From: a virus
Reading direction: 5' to 3' (one strand)
Length of the DNA stretch: 64,000 nt
IMG/VR virus record: IMGVR_UViG_3300006735_000022
Coordinates: 1-64,000 of that record
Numbering within the stretch: position 1 is the stretch's first letter; each line of letters starts with the position of its first letter. The position numbers and the translations under genes were made by a program. Below the pieces are notes generated by a model. It did no database searches and was not told the origin of the DNA. It worked only from the letters and a program-made list of their open reading frames with translations. Shown here one piece after another: positions 56,147 to 64,000 of the stretch.

Positions 56147-56877
56147 CAGAGCAACCCGATTTCACATCACCCAAATTCTTTGACCACATCGGTGTGTTTG
56201 AGAACTTTGTCAAGTGGGAGTTCTGTGATTCCCTTGTAGACGTATTTGAATATTGGTATAAGAAAAAGCATTTTGTTGGGGAAGACTCAAGTCATACAGT
56301 AACCACTATTGGAGAGGCAGACTTCACCATTGATCACTTCAATGATGGTGAGTCACAATTTCCTAAAGGTGGCATGGGTCGTAAGGATCATCAACTCTAT
56401 CTTGAGGTGTGTGACACAGCGATGACTGCTCAGGTCAACCAAGCAATTGGTCAGGCGTTTGAGATGTATGTGCAGAAGTATAAAGGTTTGGTTGACTCAT
56501 GTGATCCCATCTCTTCATGGACATGTAAACTCCAACGCACAGATCCTGGCGGTGGATACCATGTATGGCATTGTGAGAATGGTAACTTCCTGTACCGTGA
56601 CCGTGTGCTGACGTGGATGATCTATTTGAATGACATCCCTGCTGAGAATGGTGGCGGCACTGACTTCTATCATCAGGAAAAGACTTTCCATCCCAAGAAG
56701 GGAACCATTGTTCTCTGGCCTGCTACTTACACCCACATGCACAGAGGTGCATTCCTTACGGGTGATAAATCTAAGTACATTGCTACTGGATGGTTCCTGA
56801 GAGAACCAGGTAACGTGACTAACCGTACCGTCAGTGAAGCAATCGGCAAGACACAACCTATTGATAAACTAAATTGA
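56143..56877 (+). CDS. 2OG-Fe(II) oxygenase
   Basis: YHVWHCE, WMIYLND, GGTDF, THMHRG, KY. Confidence 0.85.
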   Translation: MTEQPDFTSPKFFDHIGVFENFVKWEFCDSLVDVFEYWYKKKHFVGEDSSHTVTTIGEADFTIDHFNDGESQFPKGGMGRKDHQLYLEVCDTAMTAQVNQAIGQAFEMYVQKYKGLVDSCDPISSWTCKLQRTDPGGGYHVWHCENGNFLYRDRVLTWMIYLNDIPAENGGGTDFYHQEKTFHPKKGTIVLWPATYTHMHRGAFLTGDKSKYIATGWFLREPGNVTNRTVSEAIGKTQPIDKLN

Positions 56878-59366
56878 TTTTCTATACGTGCATCACCAAC
56901 GGATACGACTCAGTTCCTGACGCATATGTTGAGGATGGTTGTAGGTATGTTCTGTTCCATGATGGAAGCATCCCTACAACCAAGGGACCGTGGGAGTATG
57001 TGCATTTAGAAGATATTGATATGGAGGAACAACTTCCTGACTGCCCTGTCAGGAAATCATATCTCCTCAAGCACAGACCTAATTTATATTTCACTAGAGC
57101 GATAGACTTTACCGTATGGGTAGACGCCTCATATAATATCACCAAAGAGTTGGTAGATTATAGTAAAAAAGTACAAGAGACTGGTGCTTGTGTTGTACTT
57201 CAAGATCATCCTGAACCAAGGAGTTTGTTAGAGGAGTTCAACAAATTATATGCTGATGGATTTTCCAGTGCAGATGAGATACTCCGCATGTCAGAGGCAA
57301 TGCTGTATGGCAGAAATCCATACCCAAAAAAGAATTATAAGCAGTCCATCAACTGTGTCATCTGGAGGCATAACCTCAATGAGACTAGGAAGTGGAATGA
57401 TGCGTGGGCATCATGGTATGAAAGAGGTGTCAACAGAGATCAGATCTCTAGTGAGGTAGCAAGTCATGAGACTGGTCTAGTCACAGGTCGTGTACCTATG
57501 CAGGTGAGTCTTGATAACACTAATAGAACTAAAACATATGATGAGTCTTATGAGATCAATAAACCATCTAACAAAGAAGTATTAGATTTTCAGGAGAGAC
57601 TGACTGTACTGTGGGATAAAGATATATCCTCAGCAAAACTGAAAGCAGCAACACCTACTCTACCTCATGAGTTTGGTGATCCCATATCTCCTAGTGATTT
57701 GTATGTGTATACATGCATCACCAATGAATATGATTGTCCACAGCACGAATATTTCGATTCGGATGCACGTTACTTCTTATTTCATGATGGTTCTATTGAG
57801 GTCCCTGATGGATGCCTAGACAGTAAGACTAGGGGTCGGTGGAATTATGTTGACGTGTCCCACCTGGGTATTGATAACCCAAGGGAGTTGGCATTCTATG
57901 TCAAAGCAAATCCCCATGAGTTTTTTCCACCTGATTCTTATACAGTATGGATTGATGGTTCATTCAATCACACCAAGGATTTTATTGACAACTCCCTGTC
58001 ATGTTTTCCATTCTCTGCACTACATCATGGAGGTGACTTCACGTTCTATGATGAGTTGCTGGAAGGATTTACATGTGCTTTCTACTCCTATAGTAATGCA
58101 ATCAATTACCTCCAAGCATTGAAGAATAGGGGTTACGATTTCACAAAGTATTCTAGTCCTCAGTGCAGTGCTATCTGGAGACAGATGACACCAGAGATTA
58201 TTGAGTTCAATAAGAGGTGGTACGAGGAAGGAACTCAGATAAACAGGGACACCATTCCATTTGATGCTGCCATACAATCCACTGGATTGACACCTAGATT
58301 TTATGACGACAGAGATGATTGTGGAATTGAATTTGGATTCAACAATAAAAAGAATCGACTGAAGAAGCATGAGCAACTGGGTGATAAAGAACAATACAAA
58401 AAGGTAGACCAGTTCCTCAAGGATTGTGATCAGGTCACAGGACTGAATGCCAAATTAGATGTTAGGTATAAACTTCATGAGTTTTACATGAAGTATTATG
58501 GTATTGGTGGTGACTTAGGATTGTCATTCAATTCATATCCATACCAGCAGGGTGTACGTGTTCCTAAGGAGTACGTGGTTATCTACACTGCTATTACCAA
58601 CGGTCATGATGAGATACCTGAGAAGAATTATTATGATCCTAACATCAGGTATGTTTGTTTCCATGATGGTACCATTGACACCACCAAAGGACCGTGGGAG
58701 TACATCAAATTAGATTTACCTATCGATGACCCACGTGATCTAGCATTTTATCCTAAGTGTAATCCACATGAGTTCTTCCCCTTGGGAACCTATACTGTGT
58801 GGGTGGATGGTTGCTTTGTACATACCAGAGAGTTTGTGGAGAAGAGTTTGTACTCCTTCCCCTTCACTACACTCAGGAACATTAGTAAGTTCTCATACTA
58901 TGATGAGTTGCTGGAAGGATTTACATGTGCATTCTTCCCCTACGATGGTGCTATCAAGTTGACTGAGGCACTGTCTAATACAAACTATAAGTTCAGCAAT
59001 TACTCTAGTCCTCAGTGCTCTATAGTGTGGAGATATCTGTATGATGACACGGTAAAATTCAATAAAGAGTGGTATAATTGGAGTCAACAGGGGATCAATA
59101 GAGATAGCATCCCATTTGATGCTGCCATGCATATGACAGGTCTCAAACCACTGTTCTATGAGAATAGATCTGACTCTGGAATCAAGATGGGGTTCCAACA
59201 TAAGGTCGGAAGGATCAAAAAGCATCCTCAACATGGTGACAAAAAACAATACACCTATGTGGATCAGTTCATCAAAGATCTAGAACGCATTACTAAACTA
59301 AAACCACTCCTGTATATCAAGTACAAGTTTCATGAGTTCTACATGAAACACTACGATATTATATGA
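56874..59366 (+). CDS. triple-domain DUF616/TOD1-MUCI70-like glycosyltransferase
   Basis: three repeats of YTxITNxxD...FHDG...WxD...C.IWR...RD; TTG start. Confidence 0.72.
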   Translation: MIFYTCITNGYDSVPDAYVEDGCRYVLFHDGSIPTTKGPWEYVHLEDIDMEEQLPDCPVRKSYLLKHRPNLYFTRAIDFTVWVDASYNITKELVDYSKKVQETGACVVLQDHPEPRSLLEEFNKLYADGFSSADEILRMSEAMLYGRNPYPKKNYKQSINCVIWRHNLNETRKWNDAWASWYERGVNRDQISSEVASHETGLVTGRVPMQVSLDNTNRTKTYDESYEINKPSNKEVLDFQERLTVLWDKDISSAKLKAATPTLPHEFGDPISPSDLYVYTCITNEYDCPQHEYFDSDARYFLFHDGSIEVPDGCLDSKTRGRWNYVDVSHLGIDNPRELAFYVKANPHEFFPPDSYTVWIDGSFNHTKDFIDNSLSCFPFSALHHGGDFTFYDELLEGFTCAFYSYSNAINYLQALKNRGYDFTKYSSPQCSAIWRQMTPEIIEFNKRWYEEGTQINRDTIPFDAAIQSTGLTPRFYDDRDDCGIEFGFNNKKNRLKKHEQLGDKEQYKKVDQFLKDCDQVTGLNAKLDVRYKLHEFYMKYYGIGGDLGLSFNSYPYQQGVRVPKEYVVIYTAITNGHDEIPEKNYYDPNIRYVCFHDGTIDTTKGPWEYIKLDLPIDDPRDLAFYPKCNPHEFFPLGTYTVWVDGCFVHTREFVEKSLYSFPFTTLRNISKFSYYDELLEGFTCAFFPYDGAIKLTEALSNTNYKFSNYSSPQCSIVWRYLYDDTVKFNKEWYNWSQQGINRDSIPFDAAMHMTGLKPLFYENRSDSGIKMGFQHKVGRIKKHPQHGDKKQYTYVDQFIKDLERITKLKPLLYIKYKFHEFYMKHYDII
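58046..58930 (+). repeat. 33-bp exact direct repeat between domains 2 and 3
   Basis: CTATGATGAGTTGCTGGAAGGATTTACATGTGC at 58046-58078 and 58898-58930 (852 bp apart); TCTAGTCCTCAGTGC at 58152 and 59004. Confidence 0.9.
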
Positions 59367-60310
59367 TCCTCTACACTGCTATCACTAACGGATACTTTCA
59401 GTTACCACCCAATACTACTGGTAGAAAGTTCATCTGTTTCCATGATGGCAGTGTAAATCAGCAGGAGGGGTGGGAGTTGAGATACATTCCTGGGTTCTCT
59501 TCTTGCCCAGTCAGGATGTCACGTCTTGTCAAAATGCAATGTCCTTTTGACGAACCCAATGTTTATATTGATGCATCCAAACTCCACACCTTGAATGAAA
59601 AATTCTTTGAGGTTAGTGAGTACATCTTATCGATGGATAAGTTTGTTGTCATGGAACATCCTCATAAGCACAGGTACCTTGAGGAATGTGCTGAGTATGT
59701 GTGCCGTGGACTGGTTCCCTTTGAACAGATCTATGACTTCACAGTTGCTGCTAAAGAGGTAGGATTCAACTTCAAAGATTATTCATCACCTCTCTGTACA
59801 GTTATTTGGAGAAGAGGTAAAGAAAAGTTTGATGAACTTTGGTGGCAGTGGTATTCTAAGGGTGGTAAAAGAGATCAACTCTCCTTTGCAGTGTCACTAG
59901 AGCAGTCTAGGATCGCCTACGAGACCATCCCCGCCCGTGACCTGATCAATGTATGGTCGGATGCATCTGAGGGTGGTTCCTGGTGGTTGAACAAGGGTGG
60001 TAGGTATGGTGCTAGGTTCCATTCCAATCCTGAATGGGCAGTTGATATATTATGCGAACTTACAGGACTGGAAAAGAACTCTAGAAACTATCGCTGTGCA
60101 GTTCAGAGAGAGGAAGGTCAACCTCTACGCTGGTTGTTCGGTGATATGTCTGATGACTTCGACTATAAGTATAGGGGGATTGAAATTATGAATCCCTTCC
60201 ACAGTCTTCTCTGGTATACAAACCGAGACACTGGTGTTATGCGAAGACCTCCACGAACAATTAGATCACACTTCGACGATCCTTTCTTTTTCCCACAAAA
60301 TTCATCATGA
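59363..60310 (+). CDS. DUF616-like glycosyltransferase
   Basis: YTAITNGY, FHDG, YIDAS, CTVIWR, RDQLSF. Confidence 0.72.
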   Translation: MILYTAITNGYFQLPPNTTGRKFICFHDGSVNQQEGWELRYIPGFSSCPVRMSRLVKMQCPFDEPNVYIDASKLHTLNEKFFEVSEYILSMDKFVVMEHPHKHRYLEECAEYVCRGLVPFEQIYDFTVAAKEVGFNFKDYSSPLCTVIWRRGKEKFDELWWQWYSKGGKRDQLSFAVSLEQSRIAYETIPARDLINVWSDASEGGSWWLNKGGRYGARFHSNPEWAVDILCELTGLEKNSRNYRCAVQREEGQPLRWLFGDMSDDFDYKYRGIEIMNPFHSLLWYTNRDTGVMRRPPRTIRSHFDDPFFFPQNSS

Positions 60311-61122
60311 TTATCTACACCTGTGTCACAAACGGATATGACAAGTTTGCTGACGAGCACTACTATGACCCTACTGTTAGGTATATTGCTTTTACAGATG
60401 GTACTGTTGATGTACCGGAGCAATGGGAAGAGTACCCAATCAAGGTAGAGCATGAGTGTCCTCGGAGACTGTCTGCTCACCCCAAAATATGTCCCCACCT
60501 TTACTTTGACATGGGTGAGGCAGTGGTATGGATTGATGGGTGCTATGTAATCACCAAAGAGTTTGTAGACACATCTAAAAGTATCCTGAGTCGTAGCAAC
60601 CAGACTCATATGATTCATCCTTGTCGCTTCAATTTTGTTGAGGAAGTGATGGAAGGTTACGTGTCCTCATTCAACACCAAGGAACAGATGGTGGAGATCA
60701 TGGAGGTATTGAAGGAAGCAAACTATAACTTCAAAGACTATTGCAGTCCTGTACTAGCATCAATTTGGAGACGTATTACTCCTGAGATCAGTAAGTTTGG
60801 TGACATGTGGTGGAAGTATTCTTTGATTGGTCCTAACCGTGACCAGATTTCCTTTGACACCGCACGTCAGTTGACTCACCTGCAATGGAATACAATCAAA
60901 CATCCAGCACAGAACCACTGGCCTGAGGTTGGTATTGATTTCGACCACCGTACAGGTAAGAAGAACCGTCTGGGTAAGCACCCACAGGCAGGAGACCTGG
61001 AGCAGTACAAGCGTGAGGATGAGATGCTGAAGGAGATCCGTAGGTGCACTCGTTTGATTCCAAGGTTGTACTACAAGCACAACTTCCAGTCAATGATTGA
61101 TGCAAACGTATTGAACCGATGA
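60307..61122 (+). CDS. DUF616-like glycosyltransferase
   Basis: YTCVTNGYD, KICPH, WIDG, RDQISF. Confidence 0.72.
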   Translation: MIIYTCVTNGYDKFADEHYYDPTVRYIAFTDGTVDVPEQWEEYPIKVEHECPRRLSAHPKICPHLYFDMGEAVVWIDGCYVITKEFVDTSKSILSRSNQTHMIHPCRFNFVEEVMEGYVSSFNTKEQMVEIMEVLKEANYNFKDYCSPVLASIWRRITPEISKFGDMWWKYSLIGPNRDQISFDTARQLTHLQWNTIKHPAQNHWPEVGIDFDHRTGKKNRLGKHPQAGDLEQYKREDEMLKEIRRCTRLIPRLYYKHNFQSMIDANVLNR

Positions 61123-61979
61123 TTATCTACTCTTGCATCACCAACGGATACGATGAGATCCCGGACGAGAATTACTACGATCCGGATGTCAAGTATGTGA
61201 TGTTTGCTGATGATACTGTTGAAAGGAAAGGACCATGGGAGTTCCGAGAGATCCCATGTGATCATCCCTGTCCTCGTATCCGTTCTTCCTACGTCAAGAT
61301 CAACCCCCATAAGGTATTTGATGAGGGTGAGGAGGTTGTTTGGATTGATGGTTGCTACATCATGAACAAACAATATGTGGAGAACTGTAAGAGATACTTC
61401 GAGGAGAGTTCTTTCACAGTCATCCGTCATGTGAATCGTTACTCATACTATGACGAGATCCTGGAGGGTTTTATGTCCTCCATGAATACTAAGGAACAGC
61501 AACTAGAGATTACCCGAGTCCTGAAGTGGATGAACTATGACTTCAAGAAGTACAGCAGTCCTGTGCTGGGATCTATCTGGCGTCGCCTAGAAAACTATGA
61601 AGAGTTTGGTGATCTGTGGTGGAAGTATGCACAGATTGGACCCAACCGAGATCAGATTTCCTTTGATGCTGCCAAGCAGTTCACCAATAAGCAGATGACT
61701 TTCATCGAGGACGGGTGGCATGAGGTATGGAGAGACCAGAGGGGGAAGTATTTGCATCGACCAGGCAGTTGTGGTATACTTTTTGGGCAACAGGGAAAGA
61801 AGTATCGTCGCAAACGTCATCCACAAGCAGGTCATCAGACTCAGTGGAGAGAGCGACGTGCTATCCTTGAAGAACTTAGAGAGATCACTGGGTTGCACCC
61901 CTTTGTGTTTGCAAAGCATGATCACTCGGAGTTTGTCGAACGTAATGTGATTGCTCCTACTTTGCCTTTACAAAGATGA
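61119..61979 (+). CDS. DUF616-like glycosyltransferase
   Basis: YSCITNGYD, KINPH, WIDG, RDQISF. Confidence 0.72.
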   Translation: MIIYSCITNGYDEIPDENYYDPDVKYVMFADDTVERKGPWEFREIPCDHPCPRIRSSYVKINPHKVFDEGEEVVWIDGCYIMNKQYVENCKRYFEESSFTVIRHVNRYSYYDEILEGFMSSMNTKEQQLEITRVLKWMNYDFKKYSSPVLGSIWRRLENYEEFGDLWWKYAQIGPNRDQISFDAAKQFTNKQMTFIEDGWHEVWRDQRGKYLHRPGSCGILFGQQGKKYRRKRHPQAGHQTQWRERRAILEELREITGLHPFVFAKHDHSEFVERNVIAPTLPLQR

Positions 61980-62000
61980 GAATTTATGTTACGATAAATA
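61967..62000 (+). promoter_or_regulatory. psbA promoter: sigma70-type plus overlapping late-type element
   Basis: TTTACA-N17-TACGAT with extended TG; ATAAATA at 61994-62000. Confidence 0.65.
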
Positions 62001-62025
62001 AATCACGGTGTGGATTTCCACACTT

Positions 62026-62144
62026 TCTGTCGCCTCACCGAGACTAAACAGCGACACTAAACAACAGTCTCTCATACCTCACCTGGAGGGTAGGTGAGGA
62101 ATAATTTACCGGTGTTCCCCGCACTAATACATAACCCTTTTTCA
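62026..62144 (+). ncRNA. structured psbA 5' UTR, probably the PhotoRC-II motif
   Basis: TGTCGC/GCGACA, GAGACT/AGTCTC and CCTCACCT/AGGTGAGG pairings directly upstream of phage psbA. Confidence 0.6.
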
Positions 62145-63221
62145 ATGTCCGCTACTATCTCACGCTCCCGCCAATCAGGTTGGGAATCTTTCTGTGAGTG
62201 GACCACCAGCACAAATAACCGCCTCTATGTTGGTTGGTTTGGTGTGTTGATGATCCCCACACTCCTTGCAGCAGTTACCTGCTTCATCGTTGCCTTCGTG
62301 GCAGCACCTCCCGTCGATATCGACGGCATCCGTGAACCCGTTGCTGGTTCACTGATCTATGGTAACAACATCATCTCTGGTGCTGTTGTTCCTTCTAGCA
62401 ACGCAATCGGTCTGCACTTCTATCCCATTTGGGAAGCCGCTTCGCTTGACGAGTGGCTCTACAACGGTGGTCCTTACCAGCTCGTTGTCTTCCACTTCCT
62501 CATTGGCATCTTCTGCTATATGGGTCGTGAGTGGGAACTGTCCTACCGCCTCGGCATGCGCCCTTGGATCTGTGTTGCTTACTCCGCTCCCGTCGCTGCC
62601 GCATCGGCAGTCTTCCTTGTTTATCCTTTTGGACAAGGTTCTTTTAGTGACGGTATGCCTCTTGGTATTTCTGGCACATTCAATTTCATGCTGGTCTTCC
62701 AGGCTGAGCATAATATCCTTATGCATCCGTTCCACATGCTCGGTGTTGCTGGGGTATTCGGTGGATCTCTTTTCTCTGCTATGCATGGAAGTCTCGTTAC
62801 TTCCTCGCTTGTACGTGAAACCACTGAGAGTGAGTCCCAGAACTACGGTTACAAGTTTGGTCAAGAAGAGGAGACCTACAACATCGTTGCTGCCCACGGG
62901 TACTTCGGTCGTTTGATCTTCCAGTACGCGAGTTTCAACAACTCACGTTCACTGCACTTCTTCCTGGCTGCCTGGCCCGTTGTCGGCATCTGGTTCACCG
63001 CCCTTGGCGTGTCAACCATGGCCTTCAACCTGAACGGTTTCAACTTCAACCAGTCCATCCTTGATGGTCAGGGCCGTGTGCTCAACACTTGGGCAGACGT
63101 TCTGAACCGCGCCAACCTGGGTATGGAAGTTATGCATGAGCGTAACGCCCACAACTTCCCGCTCGACCTGGCTGCTGCTGAGTCAACTCCTGTTGCACTC
63201 CAAGCTCCCGCCATCGGTTGA
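62145..63221 (+). CDS. psbA: photosystem II D1 protein
   Basis: [25 protein letters not shown] (Glu130 form), [14 protein letters not shown]; no intron. Confidence 0.99.
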   Translation: MSATISRSRQSGWESFCEWTTSTNNRLYVGWFGVLMIPTLLAAVTCFIVAFVAAPPVDIDGIREPVAGSLIYGNNIISGAVVPSSNAIGLHFYPIWEAASLDEWLYNGGPYQLVVFHFLIGIFCYMGREWELSYRLGMRPWICVAYSAPVAAASAVFLVYPFGQGSFSDGMPLGISGTFNFMLVFQAEHNILMHPFHMLGVAGVFGGSLFSAMHGSLVTSSLVRETTESESQNYGYKFGQEEETYNIVAAHGYFGRLIFQYASFNNSRSLHFFLAAWPVVGIWFTALGVSTMAFNLNGFNFNQSILDGQGRVLNTWADVLNRANLGMEVMHERNAHNFPLDLAAAESTPVALQAPAIG

Positions 63222-63240
63222 TCTAAAACGTTATAATATT

Positions 63241-63262
63241 GGGGTCTTCGGACCCCCTTTTT
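63241..63262 (+). terminator. rho-independent terminator
   Basis: GGGGTC-TTCG-GACCCC then T run. Confidence 0.85.
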
Positions 63263-63263
63263 C

Positions 63264-63548
63264 ATGAACAATCGTCGCAACATCCTTAGGCACTTGAAAG
63301 AACAGTGCATGATCAAGATCACAAGTCTTGACAAACAACTGGTCAAACTTCTTGACCATACTACTCTGCCACCTCACGTGGCAGCAGTGACACCTAACGC
63401 TGTTGATGCTGAAGTAGTTGACAAAGTTCAATCACTTATGGATCAAATCAGTAGGTACGAAGATCGCCTCAATCTAATTGAGACATATGATCTGGACTCA
63501 CTGAAGGAACACGACGATCTTTTGAATTACGACACTTATAGTAAGTAA
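63264..63548 (+). CDS. hypothetical protein between psbA and psbD
   Basis: 94-aa helical ORF filling the intergenic gap. Confidence 0.55.
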   Translation: MNNRRNILRHLKEQCMIKITSLDKQLVKLLDHTTLPPHVAAVTPNAVDAEVVDKVQSLMDQISRYEDRLNLIETYDLDSLKEHDDLLNYDTYSK

Positions 63549-63549
63549 C

Positions 63550-64000
63550 ATGGTAGCCTCAACTCTTCAACAACAACGAAGGGGATGGTTTGATGTTTTA
63601 GATGACTGGTTGAAACGGGACAGGTTTGTTTTCGTTGGCTGGTCCGGCATCCTGCTCTTCCCAACTGCCTATCTGGCAATCGGTGGCTGGCTTACAGGCA
63701 CCACCTTTGTTACCTCCTGGTACACACACGGACTCGCGTCCTCATACCTGGAAGGTGCTAACTTTTTGACCGCTGCTGTCTCCACTCCTGGAGATGCCAT
63801 GGGTCACAGTCTCATGCTCCTCTGGGGACCTGAGGCACAAGGAAGTTTCGTCCGCTGGTGTCAACTGGGTGGACTCTGGAACTTCGTTGCACTGCATGGT
63901 GCTTTTGCACTTATCGGATTCATGCTCCGACAGTTTGAAATCGCACGACTCGTAGGAATTAGACCGTACAATGCTATTGCTTTCAGTGGTCCTATTGCTG
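63550..64000 (+). CDS. psbD: photosystem II D2 protein (runs off the window end)
   Basis: [33 protein letters not shown]...SWYTHG. Confidence 0.98.
   Translation, partial: MVASTLQQQRRGWFDVLDDWLKRDRFVFVGWSGILLFPTAYLAIGGWLTGTTFVTSWYTHGLASSYLEGANFLTAAVSTPGDAMGHSLMLLWGPEAQGSFVRWCQLGGLWNFVALHGAFALIGFMLRQFEIARLVGIRPYNAIAFSGPIA

Noticed and set aside
58046-58930. Repeat pair considered as a diversity-generating retroelement or CRISPR-like array
   Set aside because: There is no reverse transcriptase, no evident adenine-specific variation and no repeat-spacer periodicity. In-frame domain duplication explains the repeats.
62145-63548. Group I intron in psbA, or a homing endonuclease between psbA and psbD
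   Set aside because: psbA is continuous at 358 aa, and the intervening 94-aa ORF has no HNH, GIY-YIG or LAGLIDADG motif.
1-64000. tRNA genes, rRNA, IS elements, integrase
   Set aside because: The intergenic gaps are short and showed no cloverleaf or transposase/integrase motifs by eye. A tRNAscan run would be needed to exclude tRNAs fully.

Overview
This window is part of a T4-like cyanomyovirus genome, most likely infecting marine Synechococcus, and is almost entirely coded on the + strand. It carries the T4 replication core (gp45, gp44, gp62, regA, hsp20, gp43, uvsX, gp41, mazG, gp61, nrdA, nrdB). Host-like auxiliary genes are interspersed: two hli, PTOX, an unannotated ndhP-like microprotein, zwf, gnd, talC, psbA and the start of psbD. 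A ~19 kb sugar-nucleotide/glycosyltransferase region ends in six tandem DUF616-like domains. The most unusual element is an island between mazG and gp61. It has two TRAP solute-binding (DctP-like) proteins with no signal peptide and no DctQM partner in the window, flanking a small DUF2061-like membrane protein and followed by a stand-alone asparagine-synthetase-like ATP pyrophosphatase. Other notable items are a minus-strand secreted-protein operon whose last gene lacks a usable start codon, probable capsid-targeted polyproteins, two small outer-membrane beta-barrels and many missed membrane microproteins. I found no tRNA, CRISPR array, intron or intein. All family assignments come from motif recognition by eye, not from database searches.
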